From assembly GCF_037042905.1 (NCBI RefSeq), contig NC_087245.1, forward strand, positions 30,816,001 through 30,880,000: a stretch of 64,000 bases of DNA, given 5' to 3'. Every line of letters starts with the position of its first letter. Position 1 is the first letter of the stretch. The notes under the pieces were generated by a model. That model made no database searches, was not told the DNA's origin, and saw nothing but the letters and a program-made list of their open reading frames with translations. The stretch is from Lytechinus pictus (taxonomy: Eukaryota). Positions 1-13,929 of the stretch are shown here, piece after piece. A program made the translations under genes and the position numbers.

Positions 1-449
1 TTCCAAAACCATGTACAAAAACGTAAAAATGACCATACGATCATGATTTTTTGCATGGTCAGCCCCCCCCCCCCACTTTAAAACAGTTCCGCAGCCCCTG
101 AATATATATATATATTTATATATATAACTTTTTGAAAAGCTAATTGGCAACTTATTATTTCTCTTCCCTCTTTCTGTTATATTCATTCATTGTATTCTGA
201 TTACTTCAAATTTGTCGGGATGGGGAGTGTTTTGAACAGAGAAATGGGAACTGACTGAATGGAAGATTTAACTTTGGTGTGAGTAAAATGCTCCTGTATC
301 CAATACCATGCGTGTATATTTCACAGCCCACGACAAGTACCGTTGCAAAAAAAAAAACTTTACCATGAAAATACACATCTACGATGATTCTTTATGAAGA
401 GAAATAATATTGGTTTTATATGAAGATTCCTTATCTAAAAGAAAGCCCT

Positions 450-913
450 GTACCCCGTCTCACAAAAAGTTAATACTGATCCGATCAACCACAACTATGG
501 ATAGCCAGCCACGTCAACATCTAAAATTTTCTGGATGTGATGTATAATCATACATTCATCTTTTTTTTTGAAAATCCAGTGTTCTTCTTTTTATTGCAAA
601 GGACATCATGCTAATTTCCTGCAGACTTAACTATGACATTGTCGGATTTCCATATAGTTTAAGATGATCGGATCAATCTCAAGTATATGAAAATCCACCA
701 ATGTCATAATTTTTCTTTAGGAAATTTGCTCAATGTCCTTGAAAACAAAGAGAAGCATACTGAATTGTCAAGAAAATGCGTGAATATATTTATGAAAATA
801 CATCATTTCTAAAAAATATTTCGAACAAACATGTAATTTTAGATGTTGACGTTGCTGGCTTTCCATAGTTGCGATTGATTGGATCAATCGTAACTCTTTG
901 TAAGACGGGGCCC
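450..913. mobile_element. Harbinger-like MITE
   Basis: TIRs ccccgtctcacaaaaagtta / taactctttgtaagacggggccc plus internal inverted repeats; same family as 58238-58751. Confidence 0.7.
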
Positions 914-1058
914 AGATGTCACTTTTATGATTAAAAGAGTGCAATTTTATTAATGCCGTTATGCATTTCAAAGACCTCATAATTCTGCCAGTTTTTCGAA
1001 AAGTTGTAGAATCCTTTCCACAAACAAGATATCCCGTTCGAACTTCGAATGCATGATG

Positions 1059-1373
1059 CACGGCAAAAACTGTGAAATTAAACGAGTGCACAACCACCGG
1101 TCATTTTACTCCACTGTTAAATTTACAGTGTTAATTCAAAACTCATGAGTGTTATCAGAACACCTTTGAGCGTTACTTTAACACCAATGAGTGTTAATCC
1201 AAACATCTTTGAGTGGAGTGTTACTTTAACACATATGAGTGTTACTGTATCACTCTTTAGTGTTATGTTCACACTCTAGTGTGTTATTTTAACACCTCAG
1301 GATGTGGTCCTCATATAGGGACACCATGCACCAACTGGTGTCGGTTTTAGCACCCCATGTTTTTTAAAGTGTA
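1059..1373. repeat. Degenerate short-unit repeat (gagtgtta...aacac), probable EnSpm-like MITE remnant
   Basis: Repeated gagtgtta/taacac motifs at 1145-1300; CAC.../...GTG termini. Confidence 0.4.
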
Positions 1374-1395
1374 ACATGATAATGATATTTCTTAC

Positions 1396-1591
1396 GTGTT
1401 GGTGTACTGTACGGTGACACCGGCTACCGGAGGGTTGCCACAGCTTGCCAAGAAAGATGGAATGGTGAGGACAGAGATGAAGAGACACAGCAGAGCCATG
1501 GTGACCATACCTTTAAAATGAAGTTTTAGTTTGGAAACTACGATGCCCCCGATGATAGTCCCGGCTAGCCCAGCTGGAATGATGACATAAC
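1396..1591 (-). CDS. SLCO: SLCO coding exon 7 (YVIIPAGLAGTIIGG...SCGNPPVAGVTVQY)
   Basis: ttcag acceptor, GTAAGA donor; C-x4-VAGVT motif that precedes the Kazal-like loop of OATPs. Confidence 0.9.
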
Positions 1592-4500
1592 CTGAAATGT
1601 GGAAGGAAGATTGTTATGATGGCGGAATAATCACTTTGGTTTGGGATGTGTGAATAAAGTTCGAACAACGCTCATCATCACGATTACTAAAACTAAAATC
1701 ATCATCATCCTCTTCGTCGTCATCATCATCACCATCATCATCATTGTCGTTGCCGTAGTAAACGTCATCATAGTCACCTTCCTCCTCCTCCTCCTCCTCA
1801 TCATCATCATAAAAGCCATCATCTTCATCATGTCATTGTCTTCATCATCATCCTTCATCACCATCATCTTCATCACGGTCATTCATTATCATCATCACTA
1901 TGATAATCATCATCATAATCATTATCATCTTCATCGTCATCAACATCATCATGATCATCACCATCATTATCATCATCATCATCATCATCGCCATCATCAT
2001 CATCTTCTTCACCACCACCACCACCATTAGCATCATCATCATCATACGTCATCATTATCATCATCCATTATCATTATCACCATCGTTGTCACCATCATCA
2101 TCGACATCAAGTCAAATCTAAAATCATGAGAACTCTAACAAACCAGCTAATAGTGCGGCATCACTGGACGTCATACTGAACTGGGTCTCCAGGTACTTTG
2201 GCCCAAACGTTGCGAAGCTAGTAAGAAGGAACCACTCGGTAATCACTCCAATACTCATAAAAAGAAACGTCAGGTTTTTGACGAGGCACCAGATTGCTTT
2301 CGGGAAATCCTTGACGCCATTCTTAAGACCGGACCGTCGTTTGAATTCGGAACCTTTCTGAGCCTGTGATTCCTGTGATGCCTGTTTAACTTTCTTCTTC
2401 CCTAAATGTAAAGAACACCAGCGATGTGAACTCGTCAAAAAGAGGTCTCATATTGATAGCACTAAATCATCATCAGTAATCCGAACTGAAACGAGATGAT
2501 TAGTCAATCCTTTATATGTATATATATATATATATATGTATAAATCACAGCATAAATTTGTAAATTAGTAGCGATTGATACCTCACAGATGATGACGGAA
2601 CTGCAATCTGTAAAAATTGTTTTAAATAATAATGTAAAAGATGGGCTAATAAACATCCAGTAATATTGACGTGACGTTTTCGAAAATAAATAAGTGCTAC
2701 CGTGCAGACAAAGGTTGCACACTATCTTTTGTTCGAACATCATAATTTTCAATGTATAACGAATATATTGTTACTTTGCCACTCTTCATATTGACATTGT
2801 ATAGGAGTGAGAGGGTGTTTTTGTTTGTTTGTTTGGGGTTTTTTTGGGGGGGAGCATTTTCAAATTCCCTGGAATTGATTGGTTTTCAATCCTGTTATGA
2901 TAATTATGTCGTCGTTGATGTGATCAATATTTTGTTTCTAACTTGTTTGGAATTAGAAGAAATAACTCAATATTTTGAGGGTTTTTTTATGGGGGGGTTA
3001 CCTGGTAAAGATCTTGGAAATGCCATGAGCGGGAAAGCAACCAGAAAAGAGATGGCGGCGGTCAGAAGAAAGCCAGTCCACCACGCACCAACCCAAAGTG
3101 GGCTATCTGAAGTAATACCTAACCTGAAAAAAAAAACAATTATGGAATTATATTCTCCTTTTCTGTTTTTAGAGACAATTATAGTCTATCGATTAAAATA
3201 AGATTCTACTATGATTACGTAAAAATAGTTCTCTCAAATTATTTACTATTTCCAGTGTAATCCGGTTATGTAATTGTGATGTTTTATCAAGAGACGGTGC
3301 CCCTTTTCTGCTTACATTAAACATGGACGAAAACAAGTATGAAAGACAGTTAAGAACACAAAAACCGTGGAGATGAAATTTTCCGAAATTTAGAGCATAT
3401 CCGTTTGTAATATAAAGGTATTATATGTACGAAATAAGGAAGTATGTTCTCCGTCACGGAAAGAAAATAAGAAACAGATTAATAGAAGATAGGTCTAAAA
3501 AGGCTAGATTATTCCACTACAGTTTGTTTTGCTTTAACTTCTTCACGAGTCGTATTGATAATGCACAACAAATTCGGTAGTAGTTTGCCGTAAAACATGT
3601 ATTCATTTGTTTTATTTTAGGTCTATTTATTTTGCAAGCTGCAATGTGCCAATCTGTTTTGTGATATTCCATTTGTGTCATTTCTTTGGTTCGTTTATGT
3701 AGTTCCTTCATAATTCATTTTGCTATTTTTAGGGGGGTCGTTATGTTCCTGTTGTTTGGTTTATAGTAGTTATAACTGGAATCAAATATGTACTTACTGA
3801 GAGATGTCAACATCAAGGTCAGTATAGATCTCGAGTATAACACCACCTATTAGATATCCACAGGCAGGCCCGAATAAGGAAGATGCTTGAAATATACCTG
3901 AATAACAGAACAAAAACGAGACGAGGAACAAGGATAAAAGTAATATTTCGTGCTTAACAATCAATTTAAAATGTCCTAATATTCATTATTATACAAAGCA
4001 AAAAAGAAAAACAACAACAACACGCACACCACTGAATTGTTCACATGATAAAGTGATATGGGGCCCGTTCCAAAAAGTGTTTCAATTAAACGCATATCTT
4101 CAAACCAAACGCAATTGGAATTTTCAACTAACCAAATATCGCAATGGGACTCTAGTATGATTTTCTTTTTAGTGACAACATACCTCTGATCTGGTTCGGA
4201 TCTGACACTGTCTTGCACTCTGAAGAAAGTTTGGATGAAACTTTCATATGAGTCTTAAGACAGCGATAAAATCCTGACAAATTGATTTTCAACCAATCGG
4301 GGACCTGTTTCACAAAGACTTGTTCAGTAGCAAAGGCATAATATCTACGTAAGTTTACTATCAGCCAATCAAATTGATGGATTTCAGTAGCTTTAAACTA
4401 TTGTTGCAAATTTGTTATTATAACAAGTTTTATGAAACGGGCTCCTGAAGTATTGATTAGGCTTTTTTTGGTCACGCTGAACTAATTTCATTTGCATGTA

Positions 4501-6468
4501 TATTTTAATTAAAATTGCAAAGGTTGATAACAGTTCATACCAATATAAATAGATGCTCTACTAACTGGAGTATTTTCATCGAGGAATGTATAGCCCAGGG
4601 TATATAACCCAGAAGCACTGATGCCGTGAATGAGCTGGGCGACGATGAAGATGATGTAATAACGGCTGAGGCCTGGTTCGAGCTCCGTGCTCCCACCCGG
4701 CATCGTACTATTCAGATCACAAGTTGGAACGTCGACAGACTGAAATATATGATAATAATAAATAATAATGATGAAGATTATGATAGTAATAATAATAACA
4801 TCAATAATAATAATAACAATAATAATAACAATGATAATAATAATAACGGTAAAAATAGCAATAATGAAAATAATTATTATAATAATGATACATTGTTAAT
4901 TGCGACCAAATGGATATCAAATTTCGTTACGGATTTCAATCATATCTTGTCAGAACGCTTGGGAAGATATTTTGACAAACTCATTTTTCGGTAATGACTT
5001 CCCTTTTCCCCTTTTGAACATAACTCTTATAATGTGATTTTTTATGGAAATAAAATACATTTGAATTGAACTAAACTGACCTCAAACTGATACGGCCCGG
5101 TCAAATAATGTGGTACACTGAACAGCACAGAACCGCAGGAGAAACCCAGCGCTCCTATCCCGATCCACACCGGCTTGTGGGCCCTCTCCCCGAAGTACGT
5201 TACGAAGGCGACGACGATCAGCGTCCCGAAGTCGTAGCAGCTGGAGATGAACCCCGATCGGACGCTGGGGATGTTGAAGCGGCGTTCGAGTGTGGTAGTG
5301 ACGACGTAGACGAGTCCGTTGACGGTCATCCCTTGGACGAACCCGAAGATGGAGACAAAGACGAGGAATCCAGCGGGCCTGTTGAAGCACTGAACGAATT
5401 TTTGAAAATACATTTATTTATTGCAACCATGGCAGTTGGATTATTGTCTTTAATTCAAAATAATGTGTTACACTGAAGGGTAGAGAACGTTGATTTATTT
5501 AATTCAGACAGTATTCTATAATTTAGATGAATGAATGTCCTTTTCATCTATTGTTCTACGCCTCTGGAACTCCCTCCCTTCATCACTCCGTGAAATTAAC
5601 ATTGAACTCATCAAATCGTCTTTTAAAACTCACTTATATATTTCAGCAGATGTGTAGTAACTAGATTAATTAGATGAGCCTGCACCTATGAATGTTTATA
5701 AAAGAAATATGGCGCAATATAAATGCTGTGGATCATCATCATGTTTATGCCATGTTTGGATTATCTTGATTGTGTTGAGTCATCTGATATTATATATTTT
5801 TATTATGTTTACTTGTGAAAAATGTAAATTCAAATGCATTTTAAGAAATGGTGTAGAAATGCTAAATCACCAATAATCATCGAAAGATGATATTATGAGA
5901 TCTTCAGCAACGTCTCTTACCCGTTTTTTTATAACGCGGACAATTATTACAAATATTTCACCAAGATAGGAAATGAATAACGTTATTCAAATTTTCCTTT
6001 ATCATGTTTATAATATCGTATTTTAAGGGTTATTTGAAATGGTAACTGTACACTCTCAGTGATTTTTTTAAACAACCTGTAAATTGTTAAAAAATATGAG
6101 CCTGCCTACAGTTGGTTAAAACAAAGTTGCACTCACAATGAATTGTAATTTTTTAACCAATAGTTGGTCGGTTTACATTTTAACCAACTTTAGGCTTGGT
6201 CAAACAGATTCTGAGAGTGCACTTTTGCATTCGAATTTCATACACTCACTTGCAAGCATTTCGGCCTTAGCGGACCCCATCCGCATGTCAACGAATCGTC
6301 CGCATCTTCCACTTCAACGTGACTCGGCTTCGCGTCGTCATCCGCGGCACCCTTCGCTTGTACCGGTCTGACTACGCCGACGGGTCGAGTTTTGGAAGCC
6401 GAGTCTCCTAAGGACTCGCCGCTTTCGAAACCTGGATTTTGTATGCCGTCATCAATTTCGTCTGGCAT
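1396..6468 (-). CDS. SLCO: Organic anion transporting polypeptide (OATP/SLCO family, SLCO4-like), 5' part; join(6468-6250,5389-5081,4739-4541,3897-3798,3123-3002,2401-2144,1591-1396); continues beyond window start
   Basis: Seven exons with AG/GT boundaries and matching phases (0,0,1,2,1,1,2). OATP motifs: CGWGPLRPKCLQ, TTLERRFNIPSVRSGFISSCYD, VTYFGERAHKPVWIG, LYTLGYTFLDEN, GPACGYLIGG, WVGAWW signature, FGPKYLETQF. Subfamily assignment is tentative. Confidence 0.93.
1665..2110. repeat. Degenerate (CAT)n microsatellite
   Basis: Visible trinucleotide run in an SLCO intron. Confidence 0.95.
2144..2401 (-). CDS. SLCO: SLCO coding exon 6 (KKKVKQ...FGPKYLETQF...ALLAG)
   Basis: ttag acceptor, GTTTGT donor, 258 nt preserves phase 1. 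Confidence 0.88.
3002..3123 (-). CDS. SLCO: SLCO coding exon 5 (LGITSDSPLWVGAWWTGF...FPRSLP)
   Basis: poly-T + cag acceptor, GTAACC donor, OATP signature WVGAWW. Confidence 0.93.
3798..3897 (-). CDS. SLCO: SLCO coding exon 4 (GIFQASSLFGPACGYLIGG...)
   Basis: ttcag acceptor, GTAAGT donor; not in ORF track, translated by hand. Confidence 0.9.
4299..4445. mobile_element. Short Harbinger-like MITE
   Basis: ggggacctgtttcacaaagacttgt / acaagttttatgaaacgggctcc inverted ends. Confidence 0.55.
4541..4739 (-). CDS. SLCO: SLCO coding exon 3 (SVDVPTC...ASIYIG)
   Basis: ttcag acceptor, GTATGA donor, LYTLGYTFLDEN motif. Confidence 0.92.
4750..4890. repeat. (AAT)n microsatellite
   Basis: Visible run next to the exon 3 acceptor. 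Confidence 0.9.
5081..5389 (-). CDS. SLCO: SLCO coding exon 2 (CFNRPAG...PYQFE)
   Basis: ttcag acceptor, GTCAGT donor, 309 nt, N-terminal OATP TM motifs. Confidence 0.92.
6051..6219. mobile_element. Small EnSpm/CACTA-like MITE
   Basis: cactctcag / ctgagagtg termini, TA/CA flanks, internal ttaacc repeats. Confidence 0.5.
6250..6468 (-). CDS. SLCO: SLCO coding exon 1 (MPDEIDDG...PKCLQ)
   Basis: First in-frame ATG after an in-frame TAG; donor GTGAGT at 6249; probable acceptor ttttag at 6529. Confidence 0.85.
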
Positions 6469-9400
6469 TGTTGTTGAGAGTTTCGCGTGGTATTGTCTCG
6501 TGTAATACAACTAACAGTTAGTTTCATTCTAAAATGAAACATAAAATACAAGGAAATGATGAGTATTGTACAATATATATGCAACAAGAACGATTACTGC
6601 TAAATGCTCATAGAACAAAAATGGTCACCACAGTACACGAAAACATGCAAGCAAAGTAAACTATTCAATTTTAGAAATCAAATGATGCCATATTATTATT
6701 GAATAACATGAAATGAAGTTTAAAAAATTAATATACCAAATTATTACAAAATTAATCGAAATCAATATATACTCCCACAGCAGAAAAGAAATGAATATAT
6801 CATATTTGATATCAGAAAGCAATACATACAAATATTGTATCCTGAAATTTTCATTCCATTGTACGCGTTGGAATGAGGTTTTATATCCAAATAAAGAAAA
6901 AAAGTTTTATATTGATCAGGTAGCCAATCCAAATAAATCTTAATGCAAAACTTATAACAGATTAATGAATTAAGAGTCAAGATTATTTTGAATACGGCAT
7001 GCAATGAAATTCATCATCCAATGGCTGTCAAATACATTCACAAAATATAGACATTACGATGTATCATAACGATAGAAAATTATACATAAGCAAAATAATC
7101 TAATAACTTTCTGCTCTAACTTAATACCCCTTCAAATTCATAATTACATGGTAAGATATTCCCTAACAGACATTTTCATTTCATATCCTCCATGCACGTC
7201 GTATACCTTTTGAGGATACTTACTTTCATCTGATGTAGTTATGAATTAAAATCGCAATATACATGGGGGTACCTATGGGCTAAATACAGGCTAGCATTGT
7301 TACACATTTTGGCACCAAAACATTCTTTCTTTCTGCATCGCTTGATAGACCTAGTGATGAATGTTGCTTACTCTAATTAATCTTTCCTGTAAATGAGATT
7401 GTGCCAAATGAAAAGTTGTGTTGGTCAGCAAATAACATGTACATGCATGTAGGTCTACTATCGCTTGAATATTTCGTAGAAGTAAACACCAGGGAATAGA
7501 GGAATGGAGGCTGAAAATTTGGAGGGGAAAGAATGTTCAGCTTTTAGGTTATCTCATTAATTTTTAAGAGACCTGGTGTTCAGTGACTTTTAGAAGCCTG
7601 TCTACCTTGGTTTTGAACCCCAATTAAACCCCTAAGTTGTGATATCACCACGGCCACCACAGAATCATCCCGAAAAAATAAAATCCCCAAGCTCAATTAT
7701 CAATATAAACATACATCGAAAGACACCATCACTGCAGCTATTACAAAGAAAGGACAATTCTGTTTTCCCTTCCAAAAATAAATCACAAAAGACCGTGCTG
7801 TTTGCTTAGCACTGCTTTCTCCTCGGCGCTATATTCTTCTTTACATGAAACAAATATTGGATCTATATCCAAATCAAAATAGAACCTGGCAAACCTTTGG
7901 ACCTATTCTTTGTCATCTTTTATTCCAAATTTATTTAACCCTGATCAACCCGCAGACAGAAGGTTACGTAAAAATGCTGTCTCTACAAAGCTTTTACTGT
8001 CTCAATATAATTGTTTGGGAAATGATGATCATGTATATAGGCTTATACATTTAGACATAAACTATGTCTATATTCTAAATCAACTTATAGTCATCAAATA
8101 CTAAGATTCTAGTCAAAGTTAGTTTTTTATCTTGTGAAAATTCGCTAGGTCTATTTCACAGGATGTAGGATAAACTCTGTATGCACTATCTGTACAATCT
8201 TGATGATAGTGACCAGAATTATTTTTTATAAGAGTTTTAAAATTCTCGAACGGCAGCAACGTAATAAAAGCCTCAATATAGCAGTAAAACTGCAATTTCT
8301 TGACATTTAACAACTGTTCGCAATCCCAAAATGGGTCCTAAAAGTCAGTTGCGCTTTGATACGATGCAATATTCTCATAGAATCTGCAAGCCATGCATTC
8401 AGCTCAGAAAAGTATTTTTATGCCAATGTTTTGCAAAATATGTGCTTTGTGAATTTGTCGAATCGACCATATTCTACATGAATTTCGACAAGAATTCTGA
8501 CATTGTACTAGATTTAATACAAAGGTAATTTATATTGCTACGAGTTGTGTGGAATTCTCGGGGTCACTAGCTATATAGCCCAATGCCCTGTCCGGGTGCC
8601 CTACGCGTCTGTATCGATGAAAGCTCGTAAACAAAAGCAGACTCGCCGATTTGTCATCCGAAGTAAAAGGACAGGCGTTAGCCATAGAACTACATCTTGA
8701 TTATAATAAAAGACAAAATCTCTATCCTTTATATTATGCTCATTGGTCAGGGGTGAATCCATGATTATACAAAGGGTATGAAGCATTACAGAAATTGAAA
8801 AGAAAGAAACCGGACAACGCACACAGCAAATTCTATTGTGATTGACAAATTCAGGTAGCATGGATTGTGAGGGAGGGGGGGGGGGGGAGATGGCCTCTCT
8901 GCAAAGCAAGTTTGTGATTAGCTCTTGAACATGTTTCAGCAAATGAACTTTCCCTATTTCAGTTCGATAGGTTCTCAATTAGGCCCTAATTGTTATTCTT
9001 TAACAGATTAAATTTTATGTACGCTTGCCTGGTTTACCAATATACAAACGGGAAAGCTTCTGTGTAATGCAATGTCCACTCTCAACTAATTGATTATCAT
9101 TTGACAGGTTGCCTAATATCAAACGAGACCTAACAGTTTGTTGTTATTCTTTAAATAAAATAACAAGCATATTTTGAAATGACATATGAACAATCATGCT
9201 CATCTCATCAGGTCTACGGCCAATGACATTCACCTGCTCATGTACAAATTGTAATTACGAAATGGCTCAGAAAGGGGATCGGGAAGAATATTATCTACTA
9301 CCATCACTACCTGTGTTTTATAATCCACCCCTACAACAATATGGTTTGATTGAAAAAGAAAAGAAATACATATAACAGTTTATGAACATTTTTCTGTAAT

Positions 9401-11290
9401 GTTTTCATATCTTTCTTATTTTTTCTGAAAGGTTTTCTATTTTTTCATTATCACTTCTTCTTTTTTCTCAGAATTGCTGACATTGTGATAAGAAAAAAAA
9501 ACGTGGCGGATACCGTTATCAATTGATGACGAAAAAAAAAAGGTGTATGCTGTCCAACAAATTTGAGATATTGATGTCTCTTAAACATCCTTTGTATGTT
9601 GCACGTGCAAGCAAAATTTGGGAAGAAATTATCGTTCTATGGAAAGATATTGAAGAAAATATGCTGTTAAGTTACATTGATGCCTATGTAAATGACGAAC
9701 ACACATTTACAACAAATGATATTTTTGTAACTTGCTTCCTTTTGCCAAAGTGCGGCAGACGTCGCGTCGGCAGTATGGTTGCACGGTCACACTGGCAAAG
9801 GCGAATCGATACCAACAAAACGATTGCATTATTCCAATGGCATAACGTCAGTCGTTTGGTGTGACCGTACTAGCATATATATCAAAGTTATCACTGGGCC
9901 TGATGTGACTCGCAGAAAACATTTATTAGGGGCATAGTCATCAAAGTTTAGGAGGGAAAACACCTCTTGTAAATATGGGCAGACGCATATGTCTCCTGTC
10001 AGGTAAACGCCCATTTAGATCAGACCTAATAAAAACAAGACATAACTGTCTCGACACGAAAAAATCATAGAATAGGCCCATATAATCAAATTCCAATTTT
10101 ATGCACTAACATTTAAGCAATACAATGTCGTTTGAATTGATCAATGGGTTTATTATTTTGTCTATTACAATGACAACCCATTATGGTTCTCACTAACGCA
10201 AGAAAAACCAGCGGGGCAGAACTACTCCTTACACCTCCGATCCACCCCAAACATAGAGATATAGTGTTGACAAATTCCAAAGCTCACCATGCCATCTGGT
10301 GTCAGCTCATTAAAAATGATGTCAATCACTGCAGGGATTTTTTTATAGTCAGGTTTCCTTCATTCATTCTGAAAATAAAGATTTTGTTGCTTCAGATATA
10401 TTTGGGATAAACAAACAAGGGCTATTTTCCCTAAATTAAAACTAAATGGGGCTCGGTTGGAGTTAAAAGTCCCCAAAACGGGTAGGGTGGGTCCCGCTTG
10501 TCATCTGCACCAGCTTGGGTCCATGTCTGCACTAAAGAAGGAGCCCAGGTTCCACATTGTAAGACGTCTATATAGTTTGTGTAGAGCTAAAATATCGACA
10601 TTTTATTCAACGACTTTCTGTCAATATTGAACGTTTCACACAAATCCACTAAACATGATTTATTCTAAACGATTTGTGGGTGGACATGGTGGAGGGAATA
10701 ATGAATCTTGCTTTTTTCGCCGAATAGTGATTAAGAGGCAACGATTGCATAAGCCCCTCCCCCCTACAAAAAAAGTTAACATGACTTGGGTAATTGGTCC
10801 ATACATTCAGCATATTCAGAATAATTATATTTCTGATTTCGATATTTGTTTGGTATGGCTGCCGGGACGAGTACAGTACGGTACAGAGTTGCAGTTTTGT
10901 GTATTTTCTCTTCCCTGGCTGGCTGGAGTGGCTGCCATCTGTTGCACAAGGGAGATTGATGCAAGTTTTGTGACCAAACATCATTTAGTGTGTTTAGATT
11001 GCTTTTAATAATTTCGGAGAAGTATTGAATTCTATAATATACATATGTTTACATCAGTTGAACCAAACAAATCATACACATCATTAAAAGATCATCATAA
11101 ATGGAATGATATATGTATACATTTCTTTATATTTACTCAAAAGTATATTTACAGTGACTGGATTATAGGGATGTTCAGTTTACATAATTATGAATACTTG
11201 ATTATGTTATATAATGCGATATCTGTATCTTTTTATTATTTATTTACCACTCGTTGGATGGAACACCTTATCAGCAGGTGCTGTTTTTGT

Positions 11291-12954
11291 GGCTCGGTGT
11301 AAAAATGGCAGAGGTAAAAATGGCAAAGGTAAAAATGGCAGAGGTAAAAATGGCAGAGGTAAAAATGGCAAAGGTAAAAATGGCAGAGGTAAAAAAGGCA
11401 AAGGTAAAAATGGCAGAGGTAAAAATGGCAGAGGTAAAAATGATAACACTTGAGTTGTTTTTTTTCCTGGACTTACATGCACGACCTTCTCATGTCCAAT
11501 TTCTCTTCTAATATTCAAATTTGAAGAACACTTTGGATCCCAAATATTCATTACAGGCGAAATTCACACTGACATAAAGTTTATTAGAATGATATTAGTG
11601 AGGGATTCAGGGAATCCATCGAAGATTTAAAAAGCTACTAAAGTTATACATAGTAATTGGGATGTCATTTGCGAGCAGTTTTCCCATATATGGTGTAATA
11701 AAAAATATCAATGAAATGTCATTTTCTAAAAAAAAGAAATGGTTTTAATTGTACCTTAGTATATTAGCATACAAATAATTTCACATCCGCTCCTGAAAGA
11801 TTTTGTTTTAGCAATCATGAACCACTGATTAAAAAATTAAAAAGTATACATTTTGGTGCATAAAATACGGGGTAGTTACTAGTATACGACGTCACAGATC
11901 AAAAACTCAAACTTCTAATATTTTTCTTTACCTTTGATGGGTTTTCCGCAAACCTTCACCAATATATTTTTATTTTTACAGTAAGCCATTTGTCAGGGTG
12001 AATTTCCCCTTCAAAACAGGTCGATAGAATGGTTCCTAAGAAACACTTATATAAATTTAAATCCCTGATTCGCTACACATTTCAAAATTCATGCGGCACC
12101 CGTTACCACAGAAACTAGTTGAGGAACCTGATATCCACTTGGACTAGCTGCAATGAGGTATTACTCTGAAAAAATGAGCACTAGTTGCTATCATTTTATC
12201 ATTTACATTAAACTATATACGTATAGTATCAATATCTATTTGGATCCATTATGATGTTGAAATATGAAAAATTACTTATATTACAAAACGTTTTGTTATT
12301 TTTCTGTTATCAAAGTTATGCAAGTGGTTCAAAGAAATTCCGAACTCGTCTATTTCAGTGGGTTAATGGTAGCGCACATTGGTATTACATACAATTCGTT
12401 TTGGAAGTGTGATGAAGTGCTGTTCTTCTATACGAACTGGACAAGATAAATCCTTTCACTCACTAATTGAAATCATTTTGGCATGAAATTGTTTGAGTTT
12501 AATCATATCAACGATAAAGTATAGACCTAAAATGATGAAGAAAAAAATCCAAATAATATATCATCAGTTCATAATACTCATTTTGTCGATAGGAGTCCAT
12601 TCAAGGTCGATAATTATGACTGATATTAACTGGAAAGGCTCTATTTTTTCCTTGCTGATCTAGCATGTCATGATCTTTACCTCAATTCAATTCAATTCAA
12701 CAATGGTTTATTAAAACATGCCTCGCAGCCAAAGGCTGAATAAAAACATGTGAAAAATATACAATAACAGAATGATACTCAAATACAAACATGAAATGAT
12801 ATAAATTGAATAAAATTACTAGTACTTCTTATTATAATACAAGGATTTTTTTTGGCCTCTGCCATTTTTACCTCTGCCATTTTTACCTCTGCCATTTTTA
12901 CCTTTGCCATTTTTACCTTTGCCATTTTTACCTCTGCCATTTTTACCCGGCACC
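11291..12954. mobile_element. TU-like foldback DNA transposon with 15-bp tandem-repeat inverted arms
   Basis: ~10 copies of ggtaaaaatggcaRa at left, ~6 inverted copies at right; exact 8-bp TSD gtttttgt (11283-11290 and 12955-12962); GG...CC termini. Confidence 0.9.
11555..12010. mobile_element. Kolobok-like MITE nested in the TU-like element
   Basis: aggcgaaattcacactgaca / tgtcagggtgaatttcccct TIRs with decayed TTAA flanks (ttac/tcaa). Confidence 0.65.
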
Positions 12955-13929
12955 GTTTTTGTAGGGGTTGTAGGGGCTCTTAGGAGCGGAATGTGGCGAA
13001 AAATTCTGAGGGGGCAGGCATGGCGTATGGGGCAAAAATTGTTCAAAGCTGCGAGCGGGCGAAGCGAACAGACTGTAAAATGCATTTAGAGTCTGAAATG
13101 CCCTAATAAAAAAAAAAACTAATTGTCAGTAGGTCTATTACTGGAAATGCCTGATCTGCTTCAATGATTCAATCGATGATGACACCTCAAACTGACTGAC
13201 CTTTTTTATGTCGCAAATGCATGATAGATGAGGGAACACTGCATGAGTAGGCCCATTATTCTACACAGATCGACATTAAAAGAAAGATCAGCAACAATAA
13301 TCCTAATCGTTATAGGGGTCGTTATACGTCACTGAAATTGTCTAAAGTTTGTGACGACCTGTATAGCTCTATATAGGCCTACACTTGATCATGAAAAGAA
13401 ATATAGAGGAAAGTGGCAACAATAGTAGGTGTATGCTTAAGAATAAGATCAATGTTTGTATTTTTCAAGTGTAAACAAAACTCGTTTAAATGGGATTATT
13501 GACATTTCAACTCTCGCAGTGCAAAACAAGTGTGTGTATATAAACTAAATGATTTTCACACGAACAGGCCCCCTATATATATATATATATAATAAGCCCG
13601 ATCATGAGACACTGATATATACCAAGGAGACTGCGATGCGATAAAACCATGGAAATGGGGAAACTTGATTTTGTTCGCAAGGCACTGACAGCCCCTTTAG
13701 AAAAGGATGAATGATACCGTACCCATTGACTTATACTAATCTTGACTGAATTTGGATTCACAGGGGCCGCGGAACGAATTCATATGAAAGTGAGGGGATC
13801 GAGGGGGAACCTGCATAAAATCATATTTGTGCTTACTAACAAAAGATGGCGAGATGATTTTAATGTAATGTAAAAAACTGAATGTCTAATCACTCAAATA
13901 TTGGTGGGGGTGTGGTCGCTCCCCATGCA

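Noticed and set aside
1631..2121. Poly-His/Ile/Met/Asp ORFs (also 19868-20297, 32128-32359, 38873-39403)
   Set aside because: Trinucleotide microsatellites, with no splice-consistent link to a gene
5108..5476. 122-aa acidic plus-strand ORF
   Set aside because: Antisense shadow of GC-rich SLCO exon 2
11214..13089. (GKNGR)n / (LPLPF)n / (VKMAE)n ORFs
   Set aside because: Translations of the 15-bp transposon arm repeats; open in several frames on both strands
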